DNA of 64,000 nucleotides, taken from NCBI RefSeq assembly GCF_002113885.1, contig NW_018407700.1, positions 3,075,038 to 3,139,037 of the forward strand, written 5' to 3'. The notes under the pieces were generated by a model that was given only the letters and a program-made list of their open reading frames with translations, made no database searches and was not told where the DNA came from. How positions within the stretch are numbered: position 1 is the first letter of the stretch; the number at the start of each line of letters is the position of its first letter. The translations under genes and the position numbers were made by a program. The DNA is from Mizuhopecten yessoensis. Its lineage: Eukaryota. This document shows positions 38,099-52,630 of this stretch, one piece after another.

Positions 38099-39531
38099 TG
38101 CTCCGTCGCAAGATCACTCACTTCAAACGCCATCAGTTTCACGCGTCTCGCATCCACAGTACCTCAGTTTCTGACGACAGGTCAAATAACGATGCTGTTA
38201 TAGAATCTACCGACTGTTGTCAGGTTTCCATACAATCAACAAATAAATTCACGCCTGAATTCTTCACAAAATGAGCAAAGAGAAAAGTTCGAATTAACTT
38301 CCAAAAATAACTCCCTCGTGGAGGGCAAGGTCGAATTTACGGTGTTCACTGTATTTTGTAAATTTCAAAGTACTACTTTGTTTGCGACAATACGCTGTTC
38401 AAACTATTGAACGAAATTGTGTGGACTGTCGATAAGGCGGGCATTTTTAATTTTAAATATAAATTATAAGTTAAAAAAGAACATAAGAGGCAGAGAAAAC
38501 GTAAATATAAGTATTTCTTTGCAAGGAAACAAATCATAATGCGCATTATGTTTGCATGCAAAGCTGTGTCATTCAAATAGATCATAAATACCATACAAAA
38601 ACAGTTCAATTGTTCAATGCTTAATTATTTACAAGCTGACAATGTCAAATGTACCGGTCTCAATGTGCGTAACAGACAGAGATTGGATTAACGTAGAGAC
38701 TAATGTTAACGCTACTACAGAAGCGACTTCTTAAATCGTGGAAATTTTAATACAGAATTAATTCAGCATTTTTTTTTCAAATTATATAACCGATATATAC
38801 TGTATACATACTAAACACATAGCAATCAGACTTAGAATCAAATATATTATCTGGTCGTTACTGTTAACGTGATTCACGCAATATGAACGAAAGTTGGACA
38901 GTCCACACCGGCACGACTAACACTGCCGTCTAATTTCCATACAAAGGTACTGTGTCTTTGTTGATGACTGTTAAATATGGTTGTAATATATTGAGTAAGT
39001 GACCGTGTTTTAAAACGAATGCATTCATTTTTTTTCTTATGTAATTATGTAGGTAGGAATGTGAAACATCTACCTGCACAGATTGTACGAACATGGACAA
39101 ACCTTATTTCGTATTAGAAAAACATAACTTATCAAATGTATCCTTTTAAAAATTCGTGATGTTGTGAACTGAAAACAACATAGACATTGTTATTTTGTGA
39201 ACACGTTTAAAGGTAAGTGATGATTGTGTATGTTGTTGACTAAATGTTTACTAGATTTGAGTGGGTATGCGAGATAAGTTCGAAGTCATGTGTATGAGGA
39301 GTATGATCTTGAACCTATGAATCTAATTGTCTGGTATCAGAGCTTGTTTGTGGCCCGTATATTCCTAGGTGATATCTTTGTGGCGACGACTGGTCTTTCA
39401 TGACCCCGATTCCGAATCCACCATTTAAACTCGGTATAACAATGCCATACTATACTGAATGAGTCTCCTAACTAATTTGATTGGAAGATGCCAGAACGGT
39501 TGATTCAATATTTTCACAATCGGAGCACGGA

Positions 39532-39674
39532 ATGGAGGGAAGCGGAGGAACACGTACACGGAATGAAAGTACTTGTCACACTCAACGATCATCAGAGCAA
39601 CCCCAAATGCGTGCGCAGGGCAGTTCTTTCTCGCGCCGTGATTCCGTTTTATCCAAATCTCGCGTGACAAGAAG
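39532..39674 (+). CDS. Candidate first coding exon of an unidentified host gene
   Basis: GGAATGG start context; MEGSGGTRTRNESTCHTQRSSEQPQMRAQGSSFSRRDSVLSKSRVTR; donor AAG|GTATTG, phase 2; locally GC/CpG-rich. Confidence 0.35.
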
Positions 39675-40217
39675 GTATTGTAGTTCTAAAATAGTTTTGT
39701 CAAACTGCGAAGTTTTAGACAGTGATCAAATGGCCAGATACATGCTTTTTGTGGTCGTCTGCAAGTGTATGTTATGTTACCATTAGCCGTATTGATCGAA
39801 ACTCTTCATAACCATGGTAGGGTCATTTCAGGATTCCCGGCACGACAGTCAAGCACTTCGACTATGACAACTGTTAATTTTGTATACCTATAACTTTCAC
39901 TGTTAATGGGATGAAAACTAGATTATAGCACTGTTGATATATGGATAACGAGATCAAATCAATGTTAGTATATGGATAACTAGACAATAGTTTATTTTAA
40001 TTTACATTAAAAAAACCTAAATCAACTAAAGAAGGTGATAAATTTGAAAATCATGTTTCACCTTTATTCACAAGAATTTACCGAATATGCAAATTAATAA
40101 CTCGCATACCATGAATTAACCAGGTTATCCCTTCCATTCCCAACCAATCCGTCCAAACCTTACTTCTCCAAGTTATAAGCCATGTTCAGCCACGTCCCTC
40201 ACCCCCCCTCCCCATTA

Positions 40218-40686
40218 GAGGAGTGAGTTAGGGGACGAGGCTGATGGTGGCTAATAATGGGAAGGAGTGATATGGGGACGAGGCTGGTGATGACTCATAA
40301 TGGGGTGGGGTGAGCTGGGGGACGAGGCTGGTGTTGGCTCACAATGGGATGGGGTGATATGGGGACGTGGCTGGTGATGGCTCATAATGGGGAGGATTGA
40401 GATGGGGGACGATGCTGGTGATGATTCATAAAGAGGAGGGGAACGAAGCTGGTGATGGCTCATAATGGGATGATATGGGGACGAGTCTGGTGATGGCTCA
40501 TAATGAGATTTGTTGAGGTGGGGGACGAGGCTGATGATGGCTTTTAAATCGAAGGAGTGAGGTTTGGATGGATGATGGCTCCCCATAGTTACATGTAATC
40601 ATTATCAGCGCCCCCCCCCCCCCCCCTTACGTCTCACTTCTCCCCATTATTAACCACCATCATCATCTTCCCCTACCTCACTCCTC
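40218..40686. repeat. Degenerate ~45-bp G-rich tandem array closed by an inverted copy
   Basis: ggggacgaggctggtgatggctcataatggg units 40218-40585; 40634-40686 is the approximate reverse complement of 40218-40269. Confidence 0.75.
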
Positions 40687-42291
40687 CCCTCATAAACCTC
40701 CTTCTATCCCATCCTCATTATTGCTCACCTGCCTTTGTACAATAAATGGATGTATTGTTAAAAATGCAATGGAATTGGATGGATGGTGGTGGTGGTCAGG
40801 GAAGGGGTGGAGGATGGAAAAGGCATTGCTCTGGAACAACGGCATGAATCAGGACTATTGAATTAAGTCATTGACATAATTTTTGAATTTAGAGGTTTTT
40901 GGATGAGTTGGCACCATCACCTAAGGGACTTATCTCAACTAATATGGCAACTGTATTAGATTTTCAGTTTGAACTTGATTGCTATTAGTCATTACTTCTC
41001 AATTGTATTTTCCTCCCTTTAAACCTTTCGGGTGGAAAATGAAATGGATAGTAGCCTTCCCCAAAACTCCAGGGGAATTATATCAACCGGTTCCATGTGG
41101 TTAATGTATTTGTAATGTGAAATAGCGATCAATTACATGGAGCATGGGAGATAACAATTGCTAACGAAAGGTTCAAATATCTCGTGTGATCATGTCTTTG
41201 TTTTTTTTATTACATTTGGTTCATTAACTGTAAATGTGATGTAAAACCGAATATTGAATTCACAGATGAATATCCTTCCTTACACAAAGCTGGTTAATTG
41301 TTGTATCTGTTGACCTGTATGCAAGCACGTATCATTTGTTTTAAATTGATCATAGGAGCAGTATTGTCCTGGTACCTTTCCTGTATGATTCGTTTATAAG
41401 TGTATTTGTTTATGTGTCTAACAATATAGTTATTTAATGCCTTTTCCTGGAACAATCCAATCTGTATTCAGGCCAATCCGTGAGCCATTCCGTGATGTGG
41501 AAGGCTGCGGTTGACCCTAAATGAACACTAAATACATTTAAAAAACAGCCAGACAGATCAGTCTCGATCTGTATTATTATGGTACAGCATCTTCAGTTTC
41601 AAATACATGTTTCATTGGAAATATGTGTCTGTCCGAATCCAGACGGTAGCAATAATTTCATATAAACTCAGTTTATCTCCAAGAAAGGTCAGTTCTAAAC
41701 ATGTTTATTTGGCCACCATAGACATGTTCTCGGTCACTAGGAGATATCATCCTTTTAGAACACGTAAATGTTTCGATATCCTAGCAGGTTATCTCATTTC
41801 AGGAATAAATAAAGTTATTCACAACGACATTTTAGTATAAAAGGAACACATGCCAGTATTTGCTCCGTAAAGCATTAACTATTACACTGAACCAGATTGA
41901 AGTTGATCAATGACGGATAAAGTTAACCATATTTCATGAACAAAATGGTTATAACAGATAGTATAGACTAACATGCACACATTGACACTGTGACGACATA
42001 TCTGACGCATGTACAACTGTTGTTTCATTTAGCCATAGAGTCCACAACATTGGTTATTACATGTTATATAAGGACAACTTTTACGAGGCTTTACTTCGTT
42101 TACTTCTCGTTTAACTCTCGTTCAAACATCGTCACTAAATAATGTCAGAGATCCCAAATTATTTTATAAGTTGGTTATATTTTATTTTATTTTTTTATGC
42201 GGGTGACAAGTTCACCCCTTTGCAATTTTCACAGCAAAATTACGAATATACATGAGAAGCCTTTGACATTAATTTTCACACTTTGTTTAAT

Positions 42292-43907
42292 TAGTACACT
42301 AGTCCATATAGTACTCTGGTCCATACAGTACACTAATCCATATAGTACACTAGTTTGTATAGTACTCTGGTCCATACAGTACACTAATCCATATGGACCA
42401 GTGTACTATTGTACTAAGTTGACTGGTTGTACTATATGGCTAGTGTACTTTATGGAGTAGTGAACGATATGGACTAATTTACTATATAGACTAGTGTACT
42501 ATATGGATTAGTGTACTATATGGACAAATTTAATATATAGATTAGTGTGCTATATGGACTAGTGAACGATATGGACTAATTTACTATATAGACTAGTGTA
42601 CTATATGGATTAGTTTACTGTATGGACCAGTAGTAGTACACTTGTCTATATAATACAATAGTCCATAAAGTCCACTATTCCATAACGTACACTAGTCAAT
42701 GTAGAACACTGGTCCATATAGTACACTAGTCAATGTAACAGTACACTAGTACATATAGTACACTAGTAAATGTAGTAGTACACTAGTATATAAAGTACAC
42801 TTATCTATATAGTACACTTGCCTATTTAAAACACTAGTTTCTATAGTACACTAGTCCATATATTAAACTAGCACATAAAAAAACACTAGTCTATATAGTA
42901 CACTAGTCTATACAGTACACTAGTCTATATAGTACACTAGTCCGTAAAACAACCAAGTCTCTATAATACATAAGTCCATATAATACACAAGTTTCTATAG
43001 TACACTAGTCCATATAGTACACGAATTCATATAGTACCCTAGTCTATATAGTACACTAAACTATATAGTAGGCTACTATTTAATACATTAGTATATAGTG
43101 TACACTAGTCTATATAGTACACTAGTTCATATTGTACACTTGTATATATAGTACACTAGTCTCTATAGTACACTAGTCTATAAAGAACACTTGTCTATAT
43201 AGTACACTAGTCCATATAGTACACTAGTCTATAAAGAACACTTGTCTATATAGTACACTAGTCCATATAGTACACTAGTCTATAAAGAACACTTGTCTAT
43301 ATAGTACACTAGTCCATATAGTACACTAGTCTATAAAGAACACTTGTCTATATAGTACACTAGTCCATATAGTACACTAGTCTATAAAGAACACTTGTCT
43401 ATATAGTACACTAGTATATATAGTGGACTGGTTCATACAGTGCAGTATTCAATGGAGTAGAAACGTCCCTATAGTACACTAATCAATGTAGTAGTACACT
43501 AATCAATCCAGTACACTTTTTAATGTTGTACACTTGTCCATATAGTACACTAGTCCATATAGTACACTAATCAATGGAGTAGAAACGTCCCTATAGTACA
43601 CTAATCAATGTAGTAGTACACTAATCAATGTAGTACACTTTTTAATGTTGTACACTTTTTAATGTTGTACACTTGTCCATATAGTACACTAGTCCATATA
43701 GTACCCTAATCAATGGAGTAGAAACGTCCCTATAGTACACTAATCAATGTAGTAGTACACTAATCAATGCAGTACACTTTTTAATGTTGTACACTTGTCC
43801 ATATAGTACACTAGTCCATACAATAAAATAGTCCATATAGTACACTAATACATATAATAAACTAGTCCATATAGTACACTAATACATATAATAAACTAGT
43901 CCATATA
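42292..43907. repeat. 18-bp AT-rich minisatellite (TAGTACACTAGTCCATAT-like) with an internal inversion
   Basis: Forward units, reverse-oriented block ~42391-42630, forward again; 54-bp and ~130-bp higher-order repeats. Confidence 0.92.
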
Positions 43908-44256
43908 GATATTTTGAGGAATATGGAAGAAACATCGGTGAGATATACGACTTTCAAAATCATTACCCAAACATTGTAAACATCTTAAATTTACTTCTGT
44001 GTGTTGTTCTATGAATCTGTAATAGACAACACTTAAAACTCATCTTTGAACGAGACGATCAAGAAAGAATAAATTCGACATCGTACAATTGTATGTTGTT
44101 TTTCATTGCTACAAACGTTTCAAAACTATGCTATCAATGAAATAATTCATGAACAAAGATACAATTTGATTAAGGAAAGGTTTGTCATCTTAGGCGAATA
44201 CATACTCAATCCATTCTTTAATGTCTTCAATAAGATTCATCAGTTTGGAAATATGT

Positions 44257-46726
44257 GATATCAAAGTTTTACTTTCTACACGAACAATGTACGTATTAAA
44301 CGTATCGCAACGTTTCAAGACCGACTGCATGGTCCCTTTGGCAAGCTATGACTGAGTGAGTGATTTGTTTATTTTACCTGTACCACGATGTGACGAAACT
44401 GTATATTTGTGATGTCACTCGACCCGGGACGTTTCGCCTTTAGATATGAATGTATACACACTTCATCATATCTAGATTACAGGTAGGGTGTAGATCTAGC
44501 CTCCTCCCCTTTTATGTCAGTATCGGGTTATACAGATGACTCAGCAGGTGCCCCCCTCGTCTCTGTACATTTTCTGCATTTTCCTGATTTTGATTATTTC
44601 TTTGATTTGCCTAATCTGTGTGTGTTCCATTCAACTATCTTGGCATTGTCCCAATCGACGATGTGATTTTGGGTGTTTGCGTGATCTGTTAATGCCAATT
44701 TATTGTACTGGGTGGCGGATGTTTTGCGTGTGGATCTGGTAAATGTGATGTTGTTCATTTTCTCTACGTCCTGTTGATGTTCCTTCAGACGTGTACCAAA
44801 TTTCCTCCCAATGTCTTGCATGGAATTTTATATACAACTCCTGTTTTGTCTTAAGTGTGTCAGTCCTGTCTTTGGGATACACTAGTAACTGTCAACATGT
44901 AAGTGTTGTCAGCGGTCTCATCGGGATGCTGAAATGGTGTTTCCTCATCACCCGGGCGAACGCCTCAGAGGTCCCTTTTACGTAGGTAATGTGACCCAGC
45001 CTTTGCATTTGGTTTGACTCATTTCTTTCTTTCTCGGTTTTGTACTTTTCACTTTGTTAATTGACCAATCGGGGTAGTAACCACGGTTGAGTGCGTCTGG
45101 TATGTGCTGTTCTCCCCTTAGTCTATCGTTCTGCTCTGTGATGATGTTGTTGCATCTGTAAAGGAGTGTCATACGACTTCAAGCTTTTGTTGTAGTATAT
45201 GGAGGGAATTAAATGCCAAATAATAATCAGTGTGTGTCGGTTTGCGGTACATAAATAGTTTGATGGTGCCGTTTTCCTTGCGGACGATGAGCGTGTCCAA
45301 TAATGGTATGGTTATATCCTTTTCCTCTTCGTTGGTAAATTGAATGGAATGTGTTTTGTCCTTTTGGTTCAGGTGATCTGTTAGGCCCTGCACTGCTCCC
45401 GTTTTGATTATTTCTAGGATTCATCTGCATATCGTTTCAAACGTTTAAGGCCGCATTCCATGTGTGCCGATCTAGTGGGGGTCTGCTCTATGTGTTCCAT
45501 GAACAGATTCGCGACTTTGGGTGACACAGGCCTTCGAATAGCAGTACCGTACTTCTGTTGGTACACCTGACCTCTGAACACGAAGTATGTCGTGTCCATG
45601 ATAAATGTAATTCGATGATGTTGTATACTGATAGGTTTGTTCTCGTCTGGAGTGTCTTGTCTGCTTTTAATCTCTCTGATGATATTAATGGTTTCTTGTA
45701 CTAGTGTCGGTGAAGAGTGAAACCACGTCGTGCGAGTTGAAAATGTCCTGTTCTTCAATAATGGCAGTTGCTTTTCTTTTCTTATTCTTTCTAAAGTGTT
45801 GAGTTTGTTCAGTTGGCCCTGTTTTGATTTGGCATACGCTCTGTGGTAGGCTTGTGTTGTGACCGAAATGACCTCTGTGAATTTCCCCGCTGGTCAAGTT
45901 GCTGCTAGTTCCGCAGTTAAATTCGCCATTGTGCTCTTGAAATACAGTATGATGTTATTGTCTTCTCTTATACTTTCTCTAATCAGCTGGTGATGTGTCT
46001 TGTTGATAATTGACCAAGCCTGCTGTGTATTGATGGGACATTTCAATTTTAATGACACAGGCGTCAGCATTGCACTTTTACACCGCCAGGAAAGCTTCAA
46101 TGGTTCTCATGACGAGCGATCTTTTTATTATACTCATCTTAATGCCTGAATTTTTGGATAACGGCCTGTTCCATGCAAAATTTGTCAGCAGTCATATATA
46201 GGAGAAACTGGGAGAAAATGAGCAACATCACATTTACCAGATTCACACGCAAAACATCCGCCACCCAGTACAATAAATCGGCATTACCAGATCACGCTAA
46301 CACCGAAAAGCACATCGTCGATTGGGACGATGCCAAGATAGTAGGAAGGGAACAGTACACACAGATTAGGCAAATCAAAGAAGCTATCAGGATCAGGAAA
46401 ACTCAGAATATGAATAGAGACGAGGGGGTGGGGGGGACACCTGCTGAGTCATCTGTATGACCCGATAATGACATAACAGGGGAGGTGGCTAGATCAACCC
46501 CCTACCTGTAACTTTTCTGATGTAGTGTGTATACGCTCCCTATCGATAGGCGAAAGGTCCCGGATCGATTGACATAAGAAATATACAATTTCGTCACATC
46601 GTGGTACATGTAAAATTTAAAAATCACTCACCCAGTCATAGCTTGTCAATGAGACATGTTGGTCTTGAAACGTTTCGACACTTTTCATATGTACATTGTT
46701 CGTGTAGAAAGTAAAACTTTGATATC
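44257..46726 (-). mobile_element. Penelope/Poseidon-type retroelement (RT + C-terminal GIY-YIG), decayed, with inverted pLTRs
   Basis: DVVSLFT, YQQKYGTAIRRPVSPKVANLFME, KRYAD, YRKPTHTD, GVVYKIPC, RKFGTRLKEH, DHANTQNHIVDWDNAKIV; 44257-44764 is inverted at 46212-46726. Confidence 0.92.
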
Positions 46727-49454
46727 CATTTTTTTTATATACTTATCAGACTTATTGTCGTGGCAGTTTTGGTTCCAGCGTATATAATAGACCTAAAACT
46801 ACTGTTAATACGTTTTGAACAGTGGCGAAGTTATCACCCAATTGCTCTTTTCCTAAATTTTGTTTCAATTACATAATTATTATAGCAACTGATTGAACAC
46901 GAATAAATCAAAATTGCACTTAAGCCTGTACTAATAAAACTGCTCTCAAACCCGAACTCCTGTGCAGTTGTAACTCTTAGAACATCGTGACCGGACCAAC
47001 AAGTAAACGTTAAACAGAGGAATAGCAATCAGCTAAAAGTTTCAGCCACATACTAACGTCTTGTTAAACAGTATGGAACACTCTCCCATGTCGGCGATGT
47101 AACTATATTTTTCGTTGATGAATATCCATCTATTATGTACAATTTTCAACAAACCATACACGTGCAATGCTTTTTCAAATGCCCCATTCGTACTTTTGCA
47201 TTATTATTCGAGTAAGGTGTTGGTTTTGGGCGAGTTAACTTTGTTGAGTGAAGGTTCACGATTGCTTGTATCAATCTAATCGATTCCACAAATTTCCAAA
47301 TGATACTAACACACCATGAGAAAGTTTGCTGTGACATTAGTTTGTTGGTTAAATGAAACGAGGATTTACGCGACTAATGTTTGCATGCACAAAATGAAAA
47401 GCCTAGTGTTAATGGCTTTAAACAACATTTAAGTGGACACGTAAGTATATTTAATTCGACTTCCATATAAAAGAAAATATATTACCGACACAAACTCATG
47501 TATTGTAATGGAGTGTATGAGAATATATGATTAACTCAGGCCGAAGGTACTTTCGTTAATGTTATAGATTTTATTCTTCTTATCGTTATACAAATATATA
47601 TTCCATCACTATACAAAGACTAATGGTGATTGTTTCTGAAATATAAGGGCCTTTCCAACTTGATTTTGGACTTGAAAGGAAGCTGCTCAGAATCTGGGAT
47701 AGAGCATAGTTACGGTTCTATTAGTACGGGTTCTGGTTAAGTTAGATTGACATCATGTCTACTACATTTATTTCGAGCTAAAAAGGTAACTCATTGTTCG
47801 AACATATCATTGAATCCTTATTTGATGGAAGCCTTCCAAGTGTTGCGGATAAGGACATTTGTATCAGCATGTTCCACTTCTGCGAATGCCATTTGTTTCT
47901 ATGATAAACTATATTTCGAGTGTAAAGATTGCATGCCTGTATGTGTGATTTATGAGTGCCTCATAGATTGTAACACGTCATTTATGAAATGTGATGTTTA
48001 TTACACATCCCCCAAAAACATTTTTTGGTACAGATGTTACATCTTTGAACAGAACTTTGCAATATCATTGGCTAACGGATATCATAAACTAATATTTATA
48101 CTTCCTTGTTACAGATTATTAATACACCTGCCAACACAAACCGCTTCTATCAAAGTATAACACCAGCAATAATTACCTACAAATGCCTTCCAATCGGAAG
48201 TCTTTGTGTCTTTCAGTCATACTGAACATGTATTACAGATTAATCATATGGTAACGTGAAGTGCAAAGTTTGACAGAAATTTTCGAATTGTTCCTGAATG
48301 CTGAACTGAAATCAATTAACTGAATGGTGTTCATAGAAAAGACGAAGTTGTTACCGTAAATCGAGCTGTTCTACCATGTGATTAAACGTTACTGGTATAT
48401 CACAGACGAAAGTAAAGGACCGAGAAGATAAATAAAGTTGTATTGTTTTAAACGTAAGTATAGGAACTAAGATGCATCTTGTTTATGTTCATAAGTGTAT
48501 GAAACCACTGAAAGTTATTTCCAAATCTATTATTGAATTTGCACTATGTGCTTCAGGGATTATTTTAATCGTCCATCGCTAGATTTGATTGCATTCGTAC
48601 ACAAAAGTATCAAATTCAGTCACGTAATTGAGACTTCACGCAAAAACATTACATACTTAAACCTCTTCGTGCTAGTTATTTGCAGAGGAACGCCACTATT
48701 GTCTGTTTAAACAATAATGCATTTGTTTTGCCTGGCCCCAGTTCTATTTATCCAAGGTGTCCATCTGCTCTTTCCACCGATCGTGTCCTCGTCTCATGGG
48801 TTGTCCACTGTTTGCGATTTTTGGTGGCCATCTGATAACGACCTTTAGAATAGTTACTATTTCCAATCTGGTAGCGTGACCGATCCAGTTTAGTCTTTTT
48901 GTTTATTAGAACAGGAATTGTTTATGTTCTCTGATATAGTTCCTCGATGATGATGAGTTTGAGCTAAATAACGTTTAAGATCATTTGGAGACATCCCGTC
49001 TGGGAAACATGCTATTTCTGGCTCAACATCACGGTCACCTCCGAGGACTTAGAACCGTTGAGGAGGATTTTTATAGTGTTACTCTTGGAGATATTGATCT
49101 CTCTTTTGTTGCTGATTGTTGATAACCACCAAATGCACCGAAGGTTTGCGATTGTATCCGATTATTTGTTTAGGATTCAACGTCCTTGCATTTGCTAAGG
49201 TCATATGTAGCCGGTTTGCATCTGACGTATATGCTGGGGGAAACAGCCATGCAAGACAATCTCTGATACTTCTTTGAACAAAATTAAAAAATAAAAGTGA
49301 CACAGGATGCGATTTCCACGTAACCAGAAATTTGATAAATGAATGAAGTGTTCATTGAAATTGCGTTGTGATAGAGACTTCTGGATATGTGCTATGATAA
49401 CATAGACTATACAGCTGTATGTCATTATAAAACATTAACGAGGCGTTAAAGTAG

Positions 49455-52400
49455 TGACTATACAACGAGGTATTGTGGTAGAGAATATACAACGAGGTGT
49501 TATGGTAAAATTTAACAACTAGGTTTTACGATAGAGACTATACAACGAGGTAATACGATAGAGACTATACAACGTAGTGTTATGGTGGAGACTAAAGAAC
49601 GAGGTGTTATTGTAGAAACTAAACAACGAGGTGTTACGGTAGAAACTATACCACGAGGTGTTTTTTTGGGGCCTATACAACGAGATGTTATGGTGGAGAA
49701 TATACAACGAGGGGTTATGATAGAGACTATACAACGATGTGTTGTGGTAGAGAATAATTATACAACGAGGTGTTATGGTAAAATTTAACAACTAGGTTTT
49801 ACGATAGAGACTATACAACGAGGTAATACGATAGAGACTATACCACGAGGTGTTATGATAGAGACTATACAACGATGAGTTTTGGTAGAGACTATACAAC
49901 GAGGTGTTATGATAGAGACTATACCACGAGGTGTTATGATATAGACTATACAACGATTTGTTGTGGTAGAGAATATACAACATGGGGTTATGATATAGAC
50001 TATACAACGAGGTGTTATGGTAGAGACTAAACAACGAGGTGTTATGGTAGAGACTAAACAACGAGGTGTTATGATAGAGACTATACCACGAGGTGTTATG
50101 GTAGAGACTATACCACGAGGTGTTATGATAGAGACTATACAACGAGGTGTTATGATAGAGACTATACCACGAGGTGTTATGATAGAGACTATACAACGAT
50201 GAGTTTTGGTAGAGATTATACAACGAGGTGTTATGATAGAGACTTTACAACGAGGTGTTACGGTAGAGACTATACCACGAGGTGTTATGATAGAGACTAT
50301 ACAACGAGGTGTTATGATAGAGACTTTACAACGAGGTTTTACGGTAGAGACTATACCACGAGGTGTTATGATAGAGACTATACAACGAGGTGTTATGATA
50401 GAGACTTTACCATGAGGTGTAATGATAGAGACTTGACAACGAGGTGTTATGATAGAGACTATACCACGAGGTGTTACGGTAGAGACTATACCACGAGGTG
50501 TTATGATAGAGACTTTACAACGAGGAGTTATGATAGAGACTATACAACGAGGAGTTATGATAGAGACTATACAACGAGGAGTTATGATAGAGACTATACA
50601 ACGAGGAGTTATGATAGAGACTATACAACGAGATGTTATGATAGAGACTTTACAACGAGGAGTTAGGATAGAGACTGTCCAACGAGGTGTTATGATAGAG
50701 ACTATACCACGAGGTGTTATGATAGAGACTTTACAACGAGGTGTTATGATAGAGACTTTACAACTAGGTGTTATGATAGAGACTATACCACGAGGTGTTA
50801 TGATAGAGACTTTACAACGAGGTGTTATGGTAGAGACTAAACAACGAGGTGTTATGGTAGAGACTAAACAACGAGGTGTTATGGTAGAGACTAAACAACG
50901 AGGTGTTATTGTAGAAACTATATAATTAGGTGTTACGATAGAGACTATACAACGAGGTGTTATGATAGAAACTTTACAACGAGGTGTTACGATAGAGACT
51001 ATACAACGAGGTGTTATGATATAGACTATACAACGAGGTGTTATGGTAGAGACTAAACAACGAGGTGTTATTGTAGAAACTATATAATTAGGTGTTACGA
51101 TAGAGACTTTACAACGAGGTGTTATGATAGAGACTATACAACGATGAGTTTTGGTTGAGACTATACAACGAGATGTTATGGTGGAGAATATACAACGAGG
51201 GGTTATGATAGAGACTATACAACGAGGTGTTATGGTAGAGACTATACCACGAGGTGTTATGATAGAGACTATACAACGATGAGTTTTGGTACAGACTATA
51301 CAACGAGATGTTATGGTGGAGAATATACAACGAGGGGTTATGATAGAGACTATACAACGAGATGTTATGATAGAGACTTTACAACGAGGTGTTATGGTAG
51401 AGACTAAACAACGAGGTGTTATGGTAGAGACTAAACAACGAGGTGTTATGGTAGAGACTAAACAACGAGGTGTTATGGTAGAGACTAAACAACGAGGTGT
51501 TATTGTAGAAACTATATAATTAGGTGTTACGATAGAGACTTTACAACGAGGTGTTATGATAGAGACTTTACAACGAGGTGTTATGATAGAGACTATACAA
51601 CGATGAGTTTTGGTAGAGACTATACAACGAGATGTTATGGTGGAGAATATACAACGAGGGGTAATGATAGGGACTATACAACGATGTGTTGTGGTAGAGA
51701 ATATACAACGAGGTGTTATGGTAAAATTTAACATCTAGGTTTTACGATAGAGACTATACAACGAGGTAATACGATAGCGACTATACAACGTGGTGTTATG
51801 GTAGAGACTATACCACGAGGTGTTATGGTAGAGACTATACCACGAGGTGGCATGATAGAGACTTTACAACGAGGTGTTATGGTAGAGACTATACAACGAG
51901 GTGTTATGGTAGAGACTAAACAACGAGGTGTTATTGTAGAAACTATACCACGAGGTGGCATGATAGAGACTTTACAACGAGGTGTTATGATAGAGACTAT
52001 ACCACGAGGTGTTATGGTAGAGACTATACCACGAGGTGGCATGATAGAGACTTTACAACGAGGTGTTATGATAGAGACTATACCACGAGGTGTTATGNTA
52101 TACAACGAGGTGTTATGATAGAGACTATACAACGAGGTGTTATGATAGAGACTATACAACGAGGTGTTATGATATAGACTATACAACGAGGTGTTATGAT
52201 AGAGACTTTACAACGAGGTGTTATTATAGAGACTATACAACGATGTGTTATGATATAGACTATACAACGAGGTGTTATGATATAGACTATACAACGATGT
52301 GGTATGATATAGACTATACAACGAGTTGTTATGATAGAGACTTTACAACTAGGTGTTATGATAGAAACTTTACAACGAGGTGTTACGATAGCGACTTTAC

Positions 52401-52630
52401 AACGAGGGGTTATGATAGAGACTTTACAACGAGGAGTTATTATAGAGACTATACAACATAGAGACTTTACAACGAGGTGTTACGATAGAGACTATACAAC
52501 GAGGTGTTATTATATAGACTATACAACGAGGTGTTACGATAGAGACTTTACAACGAGGTGTTATGATAGAGACTATACAACGAGGTGTTATGATATAGAC
52601 TATAAAGTTATGTGTTACAATAAATACTAT
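49455..52630 (+). repeat. 27-bp minisatellite (ACAACGAGGTGTTATGATAGAGACTAT)n with an N at 52098
   Basis: Direct inspection; 9-aa periodic ORFs are a by-product. Confidence 0.98.

Noticed and set aside
13200-48460. Isolated GTAAGT donors (e.g. ~13268, 47441, 48454) as exon ends
   Set aside because: The hexamer is expected many times by chance in 64 kb, and no coding frame supports them
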